Shown here: positions 1 through 11,478 of the stretch, in pieces
Position numbering within the stretch: position 1 is the stretch's first letter
How the letters are laid out: each line of letters opens with the position of its first letter
The notes under the pieces: generated by a model
What the model was told of the DNA's origin: nothing
What the model saw: the letters and a program-made list of their open reading frames with translations, nothing else
Database searches by the model: none
NCBI GenBank assembly: GCA_013115125.1
Contig: JABANN010000358.1
Coordinates: 1 to 35,722 of the forward strand
Length of the DNA: 35,722 bases
From: Perkinsus olseni
Lineage: Eukaryota
Direction of reading: 5' to 3'
Position numbers and translations under genes: made by a program

Positions 1-441
1 CAGCGGTAGAGTGGGACTTCAGTCTTCCTGCAACTTGCGTAAAGCCTTGCACGCAGACCCTCGTCCAGAACACCAGTGTCCATCCGGTGTACAGCATTGT
101 CGTCTTGACTTATCCGCAATGCTAGAGCATCCGTGCCACATCACCTAGCACAAGGGCCTCTCTGTTTTAGGCTCAACGTGAAGGACTTGTCCGATCACGA
201 CGAGTACTTCACAGTTCCTAATGTGTATGGTAAGTGCTACGGCCGACTGGCGGCCTTCCTCCAAGCTGTGATAAGGAAGGAGGCTAGGAGATACTCCCTG
301 CACGATAGGCTGATCGATGCTTTCTACAAGGCCATCGAGGACGATCTTGATGCGAAGGACAGCTCCACGGCAGACCCGTTCGAGATCACCGGTTCTAACA
401 CTATTGCATCTTACGCTTTGGAGATCCTTCATGCTGTCTAG
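1..441 (+). CDS. 3' part of a multi-exon hypothetical protein gene (5' end outside window)
   Basis: Last exon reads ...LNVKDLSDHDEYFTVPNVYGKCYGRLAAFLQAVIRKEARRYSLHDRLIDAFYKAIEDDL...EILHAV* and follows a GT..TTTTAG intron (~133-170). Only a weak by-eye resemblance to SABATH methyltransferase C-termini. Confidence 0.45.
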
Positions 442-469
442 CCGCATGTGATGTCGGTCACCTGTCTGC

Positions 470-470
<1 letters not shown>

Positions 471-521
<51 letters not shown>
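471..521. repeat. (GTT)17 microsatellite
   Basis: Perfect trinucleotide run, counted directly; intergenic. Confidence 0.97.
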
Positions 522-523
<2 letters not shown>

Positions 524-846
524 GAAAGCGAAAGCTTTGTGTTATAGTTTGAAAGTGGCTTCCAGCGAGGAAAGTAGCCGCAACCCCGGTCAGCATCGTC
601 CCGGTGCTTCCCGCGAGTTGATAACCCTGGCCGCAGCTTGACTCTACTCTTACATCGCCGAGAGTGTATCCGTGTTGTTGGGGTGATTGCCGTGAAGCTA
701 ATCTACGCCAACGGAATGCCTCATTCTCGTTCTTTCGATGATATTTCCTTCGAAGTCGCATCAGGAGGCCCCAGGTGGCTTCCAGTGAGTGAGCTGCGCG
801 TAAGTGCAGATTCCCTTCATTCGGGAGAAGGTGAGGTTTTCTGTAC

Positions 847-1949
847 ATGTCTGGTAGCGACGATAGTAGAGTATCCCGACTATGGGGGAGACGGAGGCCT
901 GCTGGTTACGCTCAGATAGACGACGAGGAGAAGGTCGACCTCAGTCGAGATCGTTTTCCGTACTACTGCTGCCACGGCTCACCACGATGACGGTGTGGTC
1001 AGGTATTGTGTCGTGTGGACTCCCCTACCAGTATTGTCATGGTTAATACCATTCATCGGCCATGTTGGGATATGTGACAGCGAAGGAAGGGTGATGATCA
1101 TGATCATCGTCATCATCGCGGAGCCAGCTGTCTGCTATCCTGCATTATCTAGCGTTCGGGCATAGGCATTGGAGAATTAAGATATAAAAAATCAAAAATG
1201 AGTCAGGAGAAAAAAAAATAAGGGATTAAGATACGTTTCGGAGGATCTTCATCAGCACGTGTAGCGTACTACTCCCGTGTTATTAACCAGCGGGAGAGCA
1301 GTTCTAAAGGACGTTGAGAGCGTTAATGAGCACGAGTCACGAAGGCGTATGTGTGATCGTTGCACGCGTCCCGACAAACACAATCTTCAGTTCTTTTCCA
1401 GTACGAGTGGATTGCCCATGCCGAACTGTTCTAATTATGATAGGTCCACGACTTCGCCGGGCCCTATTGTGTCTCAGTGGACGCCATGGCCTTCGCTCGG
1501 CCGATGAGGTTTATGCTCATGTACCCGACTGAGAGGGAGCGAGAGGGGTGGGATGAGGCGGTAACCACACGGCCTGCTCGACAGGCCTCAACTCCCTTTT
1601 TGCAGATACAGGAAGGCGACTCTATCTTCCGACAGCGTCTGCACAACCTCTTCTGTAACAATTGCCATCATCATGTAGGGTTCACCATCCGGGAGTACTC
1701 CCACTGGTTGATTCGGTATGTTAGGTCGTTAAGTGTTTGAACCACCTGCGGTACGGAGGGACCCGGGACTGGAACCAAATCAGTCTTTGCTGGCTACTGC
1801 TCATTAACGGCCGCAATGTCTCCCGCAGGGCCACCGTAAGAGAAATCTACTCGAAATCGGCAATCTGGGTTTTACGTCAGATTCAGATCTGGGCGCCCTT
1901 CATTCTCGTACTTGTGATGATGCTGCTTTTCATTATGCGCTTTCTATAG
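847..1949 (+). CDS. TMEM222: TMEM222 / RTE1-like (DUF778) membrane protein, multi-exon
   Basis: Spliced reading [53 protein letters not shown]...WDEAV...[12 protein letters not shown]...LNHLRYGG matches family motifs. GT-AG introns present; hydrophobic C-terminus ends at TAG 1949. Confidence 0.9.
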
Positions 1950-2047
1950 AAAACAGCCCTTCGAGTTAGTGAGTCAATAACACTTCTCCACGCCGTGGCT
2001 GCGGTTCCTCGATCGTCTTCATAACGGCACCCCAGTTGGATCTTCCC

Positions 2048-3682
2048 ATGTTGTGCACGCGTGCAACTCTCTTTATCGGGCTCGTAGGAGTGGTGCAACA
2101 GAAGGAGTTACTTTGCTTCCCAACCGATTTATACAATCCTCATCAATCTAACATTCTCACCTTCGCTCCGCCTGCCTTCAGCGACTGTGTGAAGTGCTAC
2201 AGCTCTCCAGAGGGTCAATACTACATAGGAAGCGCCGTGAAGGGCCACGACAGAGAGGAAGTCGAAACGGTCGGAATATGTGTGCCGAAGACCTGCCTTC
2301 AGTGGGAGATCAAATTATTGGGCAAAGCCCTGAACAACATCACGGCCGTTATTGACCTGAGGGAAATCTCTCCTGACTGTCGAATCCCCTCGGTCGCGGG
2401 AGGGAAGAGAGTTGCTGTTTGCGTTGAGGGTCCCTTCGGGAGGGCGGATCTGAACGTGTTGGACTCCGTCAGGCAGAACGTCGTCCGGCCTCTCAACGCC
2501 GAGGCTCTCCTCGTCACTGACTTCGAGAAAGGCTCGAACTCCACCCTTGATGGTGTCTTGGAGTTCATAACCCTTGGCGTAGGGAAGGTACATGCTTACG
2601 ATATCAGAGAGGATATTACACCCGCTGAAGCAATGGATGAGTTTTTTTCCGAAGGAGGGTCGAGGAGGGTCTTGAATGATGGGGGGATGACCGGAAGGGA
2701 ACTACTCAATCTCAGAGGGAAACAGAGGTGTCTCAAACTGATAGAAAAAGTGGAAAAATCATCTTCATCTGGATTCGATGACGTAGTTTACACGCGAATC
2801 GATCTGATGTGGCTGGCTGAGCACCCTCCCTTGGAGGTCCTCGCCGAGGCCGTTGCAAGTCCAACAGTGTGGGTGCCGGACAGCGAAGACTGGCGAGGCC
2901 TGAACGATCGAGCAGCCTTCATGCCGAGGCAATTGGCGGATATTTACTTTAATCGTTACGAGGCGTTCATTAACGGCGTGGCCGCGGAGTATTTTTACGG
3001 AATGAATGGTATGGCTGTCACGAGAGGGGAGGTGGGCGATGAGATCTTCGACAAGATTGACTTTAGTATCAACCCCGAGATGATACTCAGAAGGCACCTC
3101 TCCCAGCATGAGGTTCGAGTAGAACGGTACCCGACGGTAGCGGCGGTAGCAGCCTGCCAAGCGGGTCCTCAATGCATCGGCAAGCCAGCCCCTCTGAGCA
3201 ACGGGTTCAGGTTTGCCGCGGAGCAAGCAGTGGCTCGCGGGAATGCGTACCTTTTGAGAGTGTTGGGTTGGCGATGGTCTCTGGAAGCCTCGTCGAAGCT
3301 CTCCCCTCCCTGCTTCGAGGCGGATGAGGATCGTCGGCATTGCTGTAGCGAGGCCGCCTTCTATGGGAAGACTCTGTGTTATCTGGATGGTACCTATTCC
3401 TTCGACCGATGCTGCAAGAACATGGTTATTGGCCTTCGAAAAGCGGATGATGATGATGACCATGACACTCTTCCTCTGTGTATCGACGTGGCTGATGTTA
3501 ATCTGTGTTACCATTCGAAGTGGCTCGGTAGCGTTTGCGTTGCCTGCAGGGGTGCCTCCGAGCTCTTACATGGTCCCTTGCCGTCCACTGTCCTTTCGGA
3601 AAGGGGCATTAGCTATCCGCGTTCGGTCGCTGTTCGTATTGAACGAGCTCATCTACGAATAGTCGAAGTTCCTATTGGATGA
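2048..3682 (+). CDS. Intronless secreted/type II membrane glycosyltransferase-like protein with Cys-rich module
   Basis: ORF of about 544 codons from ATG 2048 with a hydrophobic N-terminus. Motifs RVAVCVEG, FDDVVYTRIDL, GLNDRAAF and NPEMILRRHL, plus CFEA...CC...G..LCY.DG.YSFDRCC. The function is inferred. Confidence 0.7.
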   Translation: MLCTRATLFIGLVGVVQQKELLCFPTDLYNPHQSNILTFAPPAFSDCVKCYSSPEGQYYIGSAVKGHDREEVETVGICVPKTCLQWEIKLLGKALNNITAVIDLREISPDCRIPSVAGGKRVAVCVEGPFGRADLNVLDSVRQNVVRPLNAEALLVTDFEKGSNSTLDGVLEFITLGVGKVHAYDIREDITPAEAMDEFFSEGGSRRVLNDGGMTGRELLNLRGKQRCLKLIEKVEKSSSSGFDDVVYTRIDLMWLAEHPPLEVLAEAVASPTVWVPDSEDWRGLNDRAAFMPRQLADIYFNRYEAFINGVAAEYFYGMNGMAVTRGEVGDEIFDKIDFSINPEMILRRHLSQHEVRVERYPTVAAVAACQAGPQCIGKPAPLSNGFRFAAEQAVARGNAYLLRVLGWRWSLEASSKLSPPCFEADEDRRHCCSEAAFYGKTLCYLDGTYSFDRCCKNMVIGLRKADDDDDHDTLPLCIDVADVNLCYHSKWLGSVCVACRGASELLHGPLPSTVLSERGISYPRSVAVRIERAHLRIVEVPIG

Positions 3683-4269
3683 CCCAACAGCCGCTGATCG
3701 CCTCCGAGTTTGCTTCGAAGGGAGTCGTCTCGAAAGAGGCCTCCGCCATCAACTCCATCACAGTCGGTGACATCAATCACCCTCCGATTGCATCAGAGCA
3801 TCTTCACGCTCCCTACAAGTTGGTTCCTCTCCTTCAACCTGCTGCTGTCCGCCCGGCCGCCTCGGTGATAGTCATCATCATCAGTCCCTCTCGAGGCCGC
3901 ATCGATTCAGTTATCATACACCACCCGTTTGACCCCCCGCACTCTGCCATCGATCGCCTCGAATTGGATGTCGTCAGCGTCACTCCACCGGCCACTTTGC
4001 TGTACTCAAGTCCACCCGTAGTCCCTCAAATCCTGGTCGTTCGTAACTCCGCCATTTTCAGTGAATTTATCAATCCCTTGGCCCCTGTCGCCCGCTTCAC
4101 AAGCCAAACGGTGAACTACCGGCCCTCGAACTTCTTCTTGAGTTGTTTTTTATTGCAGGACAGCCTCGCGCGATTACCATCAACGTCAGTCCCGATCCGA
4201 CCGAGTGGACGAGCGACGAAGGAAGGGGACGATTCGCTTGACTTGAATTGGCGTGTCACCGAGACGAGA

Positions 4270-5705
4270 ATGTTGAGCCTGCAAATTGACTTCAGTAACG
4301 GTGGCTTCCTGATAGACGGTAATTATCAGCCTTTTTTGTAAGCTTGACTATCCCCTCACAGGCACTCCCTTGATTTTGCATCTCGATCATCCCACTGCTC
4401 CCGGAGAGACCGGTCTTCGAGTATGGGACGCCGGAATTTGCATGGCCAAGTGAGTCGGCCCTCTCCGATGAATCGCTATGCTCTTGGCAGATATTGGGAG
4501 TTGAAATTAGAAGAAGTCCGGAAACAAAGGAAAGTGGATCGATTGAGGGTGAGGATCTCCAACCAGTTGGCGACTCTCCGTCACTTCCGCAGATCCTGGA
4601 GCTTGGCTGTGGCAGTGGCGTGGTCGGTCTAGCCTGTTGCCTCACTTCCACTCCTTGCGATGTTATCCTGTCTGATAGAGCTGTCATCAAACCACGGACT
4701 CAGTTGAACGTGAGAACGCCGGCCGAATTCGGGCTTAGCTGCACTTCCCTTGTGCAGATCAGTGCCAATGCGACGGCGATTGCAGAGAGAGGGAATACCT
4801 GTTCTTTTAGAGTACACTATGATGCGCCGCGGCGTTCCTTCACAGTTGCGTCCATATCGATCAGGTGATCGATTGGACGGACCTCGATAATGCCGAGTAT
4901 GACTGTACTGTCACCCCACCGCCCGATCTAGTCATCGCCAGCGATGTTCTCTGGTCGCATGTAAGCCCGGGGCTTACTCCGGTGTGTGTGAGTGTACAGT
5001 CCAACGCCGGTCTCGAAGCTGATGTGCTCAGTTGGGGGCTCTCCCTAGCGCTGGCACGCAATGCAAGCAGACGGTTCGTGAAGTGGCCGTACTGGCAAGA
5101 AGTCGTTACTTCGTCGGTGTCCGTCTATTAGGTATTTGTTAAGCCCTTCGTCGCGGCTTTGTTGAAGGCCTGTCCAGACGCCACCACCGATCTCTACATC
5201 TGTCAGAAGACTCGAAACAACAATTTGGATGATCTTTGGATGGAGGAAGTGTCGAGACATTTTGAGGTGGGTCATCTGCCTTCGCTGAATTCCATCGAGA
5301 AAAAGCTTAGCGTTAGATTTCTGGTTTTTGAATCGTTTTTTGGTCATCAACTCTCCCTCCTGCATACAAATCGACATATCATTCGCTCACATCACTGAAT
5401 GGTCCGAACGCGCATTCCTGAGGGCGGCATCTGTCACTCATTATGATCGTCTTGTGCATGCGTGCTAATTCCTCTCGGGGCTGTAAGCTTTAAGTAAGTA
5501 GGTAGACCTCTGTAGTGTCCGCACCTTCCTTCTCGCGTTGACTATGAGCAACAACGGCGAAGCGACGGCATCGAGAGCGAACACTACCTTGAAGCGATCT
5601 TGTATTCAGTTACTTGACAGTTGCTGTACTGAGGACGTCCTTCCTGCGGAGTACCATCACCCCAAGATTCACATACACCATTTCAGAAGGTATCTTCCGA
5701 GGTAA
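4270..5705 (+). CDS. METTL21-like protein-lysine methyltransferase (Methyltransf_16 family), multi-exon
   Basis: Spliced exons give GETGLRVWDAG, motif I ILELGCGSGVVGL, VILSD, IDW and DLVIASDVLW, then a terminal exon ...VLPAEYHHPKIHIHHFRRYLPR* (TAA 5703-5705). Confidence 0.85.
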
Positions 5706-6053
5706 CGAAGCTGCGTTTGCGGCCAAGTCGTGATCCTCAGACGACACAAGAGCGGTTGAATGCTGACCAGCTACGATGCACATTCCCTCAATAATAGAAG
5801 CAGGGTTAATTATATTCACACCTGTTGAGTTGGCCTCAGTCCAGCGACCTGGTGAGCTATGAACGCCACAGTGAAACGGTTTGTGATCATTATCGTTACT
5901 CGGTACGGTTATGCAGTATGGTCATTCAATCGGAATCGTAGCAGCAGCACGAAGAGGGTCTCCAACTGAAAGTATGACGGAACGGTCGAAGACTGACGAG
6001 AAGTCAAGATTCCTTCAGTACACCGCTTCCCGTGCAAGTTTGGCAAGTGAGCA

Positions 6054-6439
6054 GGCAAGATTGACAAGTGCCCATCCAAGTTTGACAGCGCGTCAATAGA
6101 AGCGGCTTTCGAAAAGCCCAGGCGCAAAGGCTTTACTCAGCCCGAGGAACCAGCTCATCTACTCACTCCGTTTGACCCACTAATTGCGTATTTAATTTGG
6201 ACCCCTAACGGTAGCTGTCGAGCATCTCTGTTCACCCCCGAGTCCGTCTGGCGATACACTCTCCTCATTTTATCGTAAGAGACTAGTTGGTCTCTTGACG
6301 AATGCTTCACGCACAGTCTGGCACTGTAGTCGTGGGGCATTGTGGTTGTCGAATGAACCACCTACGTACTGCCGATTATATGCTGCTGTATCTTCATCGA
6401 CCCGCTGTCAAACTTGGACGGGCACTTGCCAATCTTGCC
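6054..6439. mobile_element. MITE-like non-autonomous element with terminal inverted repeats
   Basis: 6054-6090 GGCAAGATTGACAAGTGCCCATCCAAGTTTGACAGCG is the reverse complement of 6403-6439 at 35/37 positions, and the match extends imperfectly ~12 nt inward. No coding content; no clear TSD. Confidence 0.7.
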
Positions 6440-6634
6440 CGTGTATCGTTGGAATTGGTTGTGATCCTTTCCTATTTTTCACGATAATTCAGCCCACCCT
6501 GCTGGCTCGAGCCTCGGCCATGTTACGTGATGATTCCTTCCATCCCAATGTTGGTGACACTAGACGCGACAGTCTGCTTGTCCAACACGAACATCAATCA
6601 CAGCACGACATGTATAACGTTCTCTTGAATAAAA

Positions 6635-7497
6635 TCACGCCAGCTCCCATCCACTCCTAATTCCAATCAAATACTGGCGGAGCCACGGCAGCCCCTGTTC
6701 ACTCCTGAATTTCCCGTGGGGATTTCTCTCGATGTAGTCAGCTACGCTCGAGCAGATCTTTTCATTCACACCGTTTGCGAGGAGGCCCATGATGGGCTTG
6801 AATATTGAGGAGAAAGGATACTTGGCGGCTTCGTTTCCGATGATTGAGTGTCGTTTGTGCTTAACGTGATGAATCCACTCGTTGTTCTCCTCATCCTTTA
6901 TGTTTGCTAGTAGCAAACGAACACGTAGTACGTGTTCACACTCGAAGGTGCCGTTGGTACTGAAGGAGGAAACAAGGATTACTCGACACGTGTGTCCGAA
7001 CTCCACGCGAATCGATCATTGACTTCGGTCACCGACGGCGATAAATGCCTCCTCATAGAACAGCATCAACTGTGGCCCTCGAAGATGCTATCGGTAGACT
7101 GACTGCTCGCCCGAAACTGGTCCGGCCGTTCAATAGACTGCTGCCTCTCCCGGATTCCAAAAGGGCTCCCAGAATCGTTTTCGTCACGTTGAATTCAACC
7201 CTGGGAGTGCTCCGGAAATTCGGGAGAGACAAAAGAGCTCCTCGGCGATAGAAAATCTCACATGTATTTCGCCCTGACCATCTCGCTGTTTTTTGTCAGA
7301 GTGGCTTCAATAAACCTGTCTTTAACCTTGTTGGACTCGGAAGCCTTGAATATCAACATGTGATGCGCGTAGCGGAGGGTGCAGGACTTCGAGGCGCCGT
7401 GTGTCTCCCAGGACATGCTGTCAGGTGCGCTCCTGAGACCCATCACCGACGCCGCAACCGAAGCCAACGTGAGGGTAAAGTGGGAGAAGGCGACCAT
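6635..7497 (-). CDS. Uncharacterised secreted protein, paralogue 1 of local family, multi-exon
   Basis: Signal-like MVAFSHFTLTLASVAASVMGLRS. C-terminal YPFSSIFKPIMGLLANGVNEKICSSVADYIERNPHGKFRSEQGLPWLRQYL is shared with the genes at 14319 and 16158. Middle exons uncertain. Confidence 0.7.
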
Positions 7498-8525
7498 TTG
7501 GAAAGAGGGTGACGCTGAAATTGGTTCCGTGTGGAAGGGTCCACGTAACTGTATGCTATCCTGAAAGGTCTCACCGGAGAGGGCCGCTAGTGGCGAGCAC
7601 AGCAATTGCGCTCGGTTACCGAATCGGTGCCCAGCCTGTCATGGTCGATCATACAATCACCCATGATAGACAAGTACCACTCATAACCCATACGGCCCTT
7701 GTGATTGCCGTTCATCGACCCTGGCAGCGTCACCAAGCTGAGCTATCATAGCCAGCACGCTCACCTCATTGGTCAGTGATTTATGCAGCACAGTTTACTA
7801 GTAGCTGATGGTGTTCACTGAGTGAACACCAACCTGAACTTCACTCACCGAGCTTCAGGAGACCAATTATTGAACTCGGAGTCCACCCTGAGTCCCAGAT
7901 TCAATTGTTGATTACAACGGATTGATCGGAGGGCGCTCGAGGAATCGCAAGATTGCAAGATTCTCATGTGTGCGGCAGCTAGGCCGAAACGCAGCACGCA
8001 TGCACCGCCGCACATTTCGGAATTGCTTTGGTCACGACAGCATTTCCACTCCAATTCCATCATCCTTTGGAAGGGATGGATAGTCGCTTTGGCCCATTCA
8101 AGTGTTGGCCGCCATTCTCACTCAATAAGAATCGTCTATGACTTGAGAGTTGCCAAAGAGATGGTATGAGGCCTCTTCCCTTGGTTTAATGCTTGCTAAC
8201 AAGGGTATACGGCTTTCGGGATACTAATGACGTTGTTTTTGATTTTTCTTGGAGGATGGGAATCTGGGTTATCGTTTGACTACGAAAGGGTCATCTAAGA
8301 ATTTTGTGGAAAATTCTTATAACGGTGACGTCCAAGGTTGGAAGCCGCTGTTAAACAATCTCTTGGCGCAAGCAAACGAGCTCGGGAAGACTTGGATAGT
8401 TCACGATTTGCTTAATTCACCAATATTGAAGCGCAGAGTAGAGGATGGGGTTTCACAAGAATCTCTGCAGTTGCTGCTGCTGCTGCTGTTCTGTCTTCTT
8501 CGTCTTCTTCCTCCTGTCCTCGTTT

Positions 8526-11373
8526 ATGAATGAATATCGTTTACTGGGTAAAAAGGGCGAGGGGACATTCTCGGAGGTCCTCCTCGGGCGGCATATGAGT
8601 AGCAATCGTGAAGTAATAACAACCGAATAGACGAGAGCTCCGCGATGATGAGCTCTCTGCAGGTGGCGATAAAATACATGAAGAGCAAATTCCAGTCGAT
8701 AGACGCGGTCAACTCCTTTAACGAGATCAGAGCACTGCGGAGACTAACGGGTATTTTTTCTCGCGTATCTTTCTAGCATCAACCTAAGATTCCCCTCAGA
8801 GCATCCTAATATCGTGAAGTTGTTGGACGTTTTATACGACTCTAATACCGGCAGCTTAGCATTAGTACTCGAACTGATGGACATGAACGTTTATGAGGCG
8901 ATAAAAGGGAGAAAGTAGAAAGACGAGAAGGGGAAGTTGTGGTATGCCCAATACCGATAGGCACTACTTCCCTGAAAACCGGGTTGGGCGGTGGATGTCA
9001 CAATTGCTCTTCGCTGTGGAGTATCTTCACGACAAGGGAATCTTTCACAGGTGAGGTCGCCTAAGTTGCTACTCTCGAAGAGGTAGTCTATGCAGGGATA
9101 TCAAACCGGAGAATCTTTTATTATACCAAAACGAAACGCTGAAGTTAGCGGATCTTGGCAGCTGCAAAGGTGCCACATCGACAGCGTATCTTTCGCCTCA
9201 TCAAGTTCGGGTTTTCGCCCCAGGGATGGACTCTAAGCAACCATTTACGGAGTATATCTCCACGCGATGGTACAGAGCACCGGAGTGCATGCTCACGGAT
9301 GGATATTATTCAACAGGGATGGATATATGGGCGTAATATAGTGTCGGTTCTGGGATTCGTACCCGGGTGCGTCGGTTGGGAGTCTTGGACGTTATCCGTT
9401 TCAGTATCGGATGTGTCTTTTTCGAAGTCCTCGCGTTGGTACCCCTCTTTCCTGGGAAGAATGAAGTCGATCAGGTTAATAAGATTCACAAGGTAGTATC
9501 CACGACGGCTCCTACCGTTACTACCGGGAATTTGCAGTGAAGCATCTTTGTAGTAATGGTGGCATTAGAAATTGCAGTATGAACCCAGTATCAAATCTAA
9601 TTCGTAAATGGCGAACAGGTGGCAGAATCGTGCAGCAAAGCGGATATAGGAGTTCAATACCATGCGGGCGTCAAGAGCGAGACCATTCCCCAGTGGTGAG
9701 GTATAATGGTCGTCGCAGTAGTAGTGGTAGTAGTGATGGGGCATCACTAACGATCGCGAACAGACTGCAAGTGTAGTGCCACAACGACTATGACTTCTGC
9801 CACTAACATGCCTCACTCGCAGGTTATGGGGTTACCGCCTGACGACTTATTAACGTATTTTAAGAAGTCTTGTAAGTCGAAGAGTGGTAAAGGTAATAGA
9901 CCACTGAGGGAAATGGACAGGAAACCTCATAAGAATGCGGGGAAAAGTAAACAACAACAGCAGCATATCCAACGGGACCAACAAGATCGGGGGCTCAGGT
10001 ATCGACAGTTGGCTGCACAAATGCAAAATCTCCTATGAAGCGATCGACACCATAAAGGTTCTCCTAACCTATGATGCTGAGCAGAGGCCCAGCGCTACTG
10101 AGGTCGGCTAGGAGTTCCCCTGTCCCGCTGCTGCTAGTCCGTGTTGTGCAGGCATTGAGGCTGCCTTACTTCGACCTATACCGAGAGGCCTACACTGGTA
10201 GTCAGGGTTCAACTCATGTCCGGTTCATCGGCATCACCACTCTCGTAGGTATGACACCATCGACCTGCTCCACCAATGCCGTTCGGTCGCCTCCTTACCC
10301 GAGCGATAGTGAAGGGAGTGAGTTTACACGGACTGTTGTTTACTATTATTTCTGCCACCCAGATGAAACTGTAGAAACGGCGTCTTCTAAGGGGCCTACG
10401 ACCCATCTCGAGGTAAAGGTCTTCTTCGATATTTAACCAACTTCCCTTCCATGTAGGCTGGCAGCGCACGTTTGCCCTCGGATGATTACAAAGCTCGCAG
10501 CCATCGATCGGGCTTCCTAGAGTATGCTCATCTCCTGATTGTTCTGGTGACCGCTGGATTCTTTGCAGTGCGGAAGATTCCTCTCCCCATCTGCATCACC
10601 ATCGAAGCGGCGGTGGTCGACCAGCGGGGAACAAACGCGTGAATGGTTTCCTTTCCCCTGGATCCATCAGCGGGCTACTAATACGACAGAATCGGCCGCC
10701 ACTACTACCACAACAACAGCGTCATCGCTCGCTGGCGGCCGCTGGGGCCACGTTGATGAGCGGCTTTGGCAGACAGAATGACGTGCGACCAGAGCCAGTG
10801 GAACATCCGTCGAACACTACTCGACTGCCACCGATACAGCAGGGGGTCCGTCAACACCACCAACAGGTTAGTACCACTCCTACCATTAGTGAGCTCATCA
10901 GCTTTTGTAGCAGGGGAACGCAGCGGCTCCGATGCTCCTCCACAACTCAGCCCGATCGAGAGTGGCTGGGAGCCTGAGTGGCAGAAGTGCTCGTCATCAT
11001 TATCATAGCAATGGACCCAACCCGCCCGACCAACGGGGTCCTCAACCCAGCGGCAGGCAAGCTCTCACGTTGTAGGCCGTCACGCTGGCCACCTGCGCGT
11101 CCGCATTATCGTTGTTGTAGTTACGGTAGAGCGCCGCCACTACAGTCAGGGAGACCACGGATGCCGGCCTACTTGCAAGGGCCCGGCGGCAGAGACCATC
11201 ACCACAGCGCCAGAGAGACCCACTACGGCAGCCTCCAGCCAAGTCCGTCTTCGCTCAGCCGAACCATGGGCCACTTCTCCCAGCAGCAGCAGCAGCAGTC
11301 GACCATGATGCCCGTCTCTGGAAGGGCACACAACAGCGCTCGGCGGAAGATCCGAAATGTTGGGTATCCCTAA
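8526..11373 (+). CDS. MOK: MOK/RAGE (LF4-like) CMGC/RCK serine/threonine kinase, multi-exon
   Basis: MNEYRLLGKKGEGTFSEV, VAIK, HPNIVKL, GIFHR|DIKPENLL, LKLADLGSCKG, PFTEYISTRWYRAPECMLTDGYY, PLFPGKNEVDQ. Kinase domain ends near 10190. The low-complexity tail and the 3' end are approximate. Confidence 0.9.
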
Positions 11374-11478
11374 GTTGCTTGCCTCTTGTTGTTGCCGTGT
11401 ATCATAGTCCTCGTCGTCCTCACCAGTTGTGGTCGTTGCTGTAACCCCCTCGTACAATTGGCTTCTGCCGCTAAAACC

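Noticed and set aside
438-848. Minus-strand ORF with poly-Asn
   Set aside because: The poly-N is just the (GTT)17 microsatellite; there is no other coding signal.
2299-3514. Minus-strand ORFs up to 249 aa opposite the glycosyltransferase-like gene
   Set aside because: Antisense shadows of the plus-strand CDS.
3679-4341. 220-aa ORF overlapping the methyltransferase start
   Set aside because: No recognisable motifs. Only its last codons coincide with the real first exon (ATG 4270).
8445-8525. In-frame poly-Cys/hydrophobic N-terminal extension of MOK
   Set aside because: It derives from a (CTG)n run and a pyrimidine tract typical of leader sequence. MOK homologues begin right at the kinase domain (ATG 8526).
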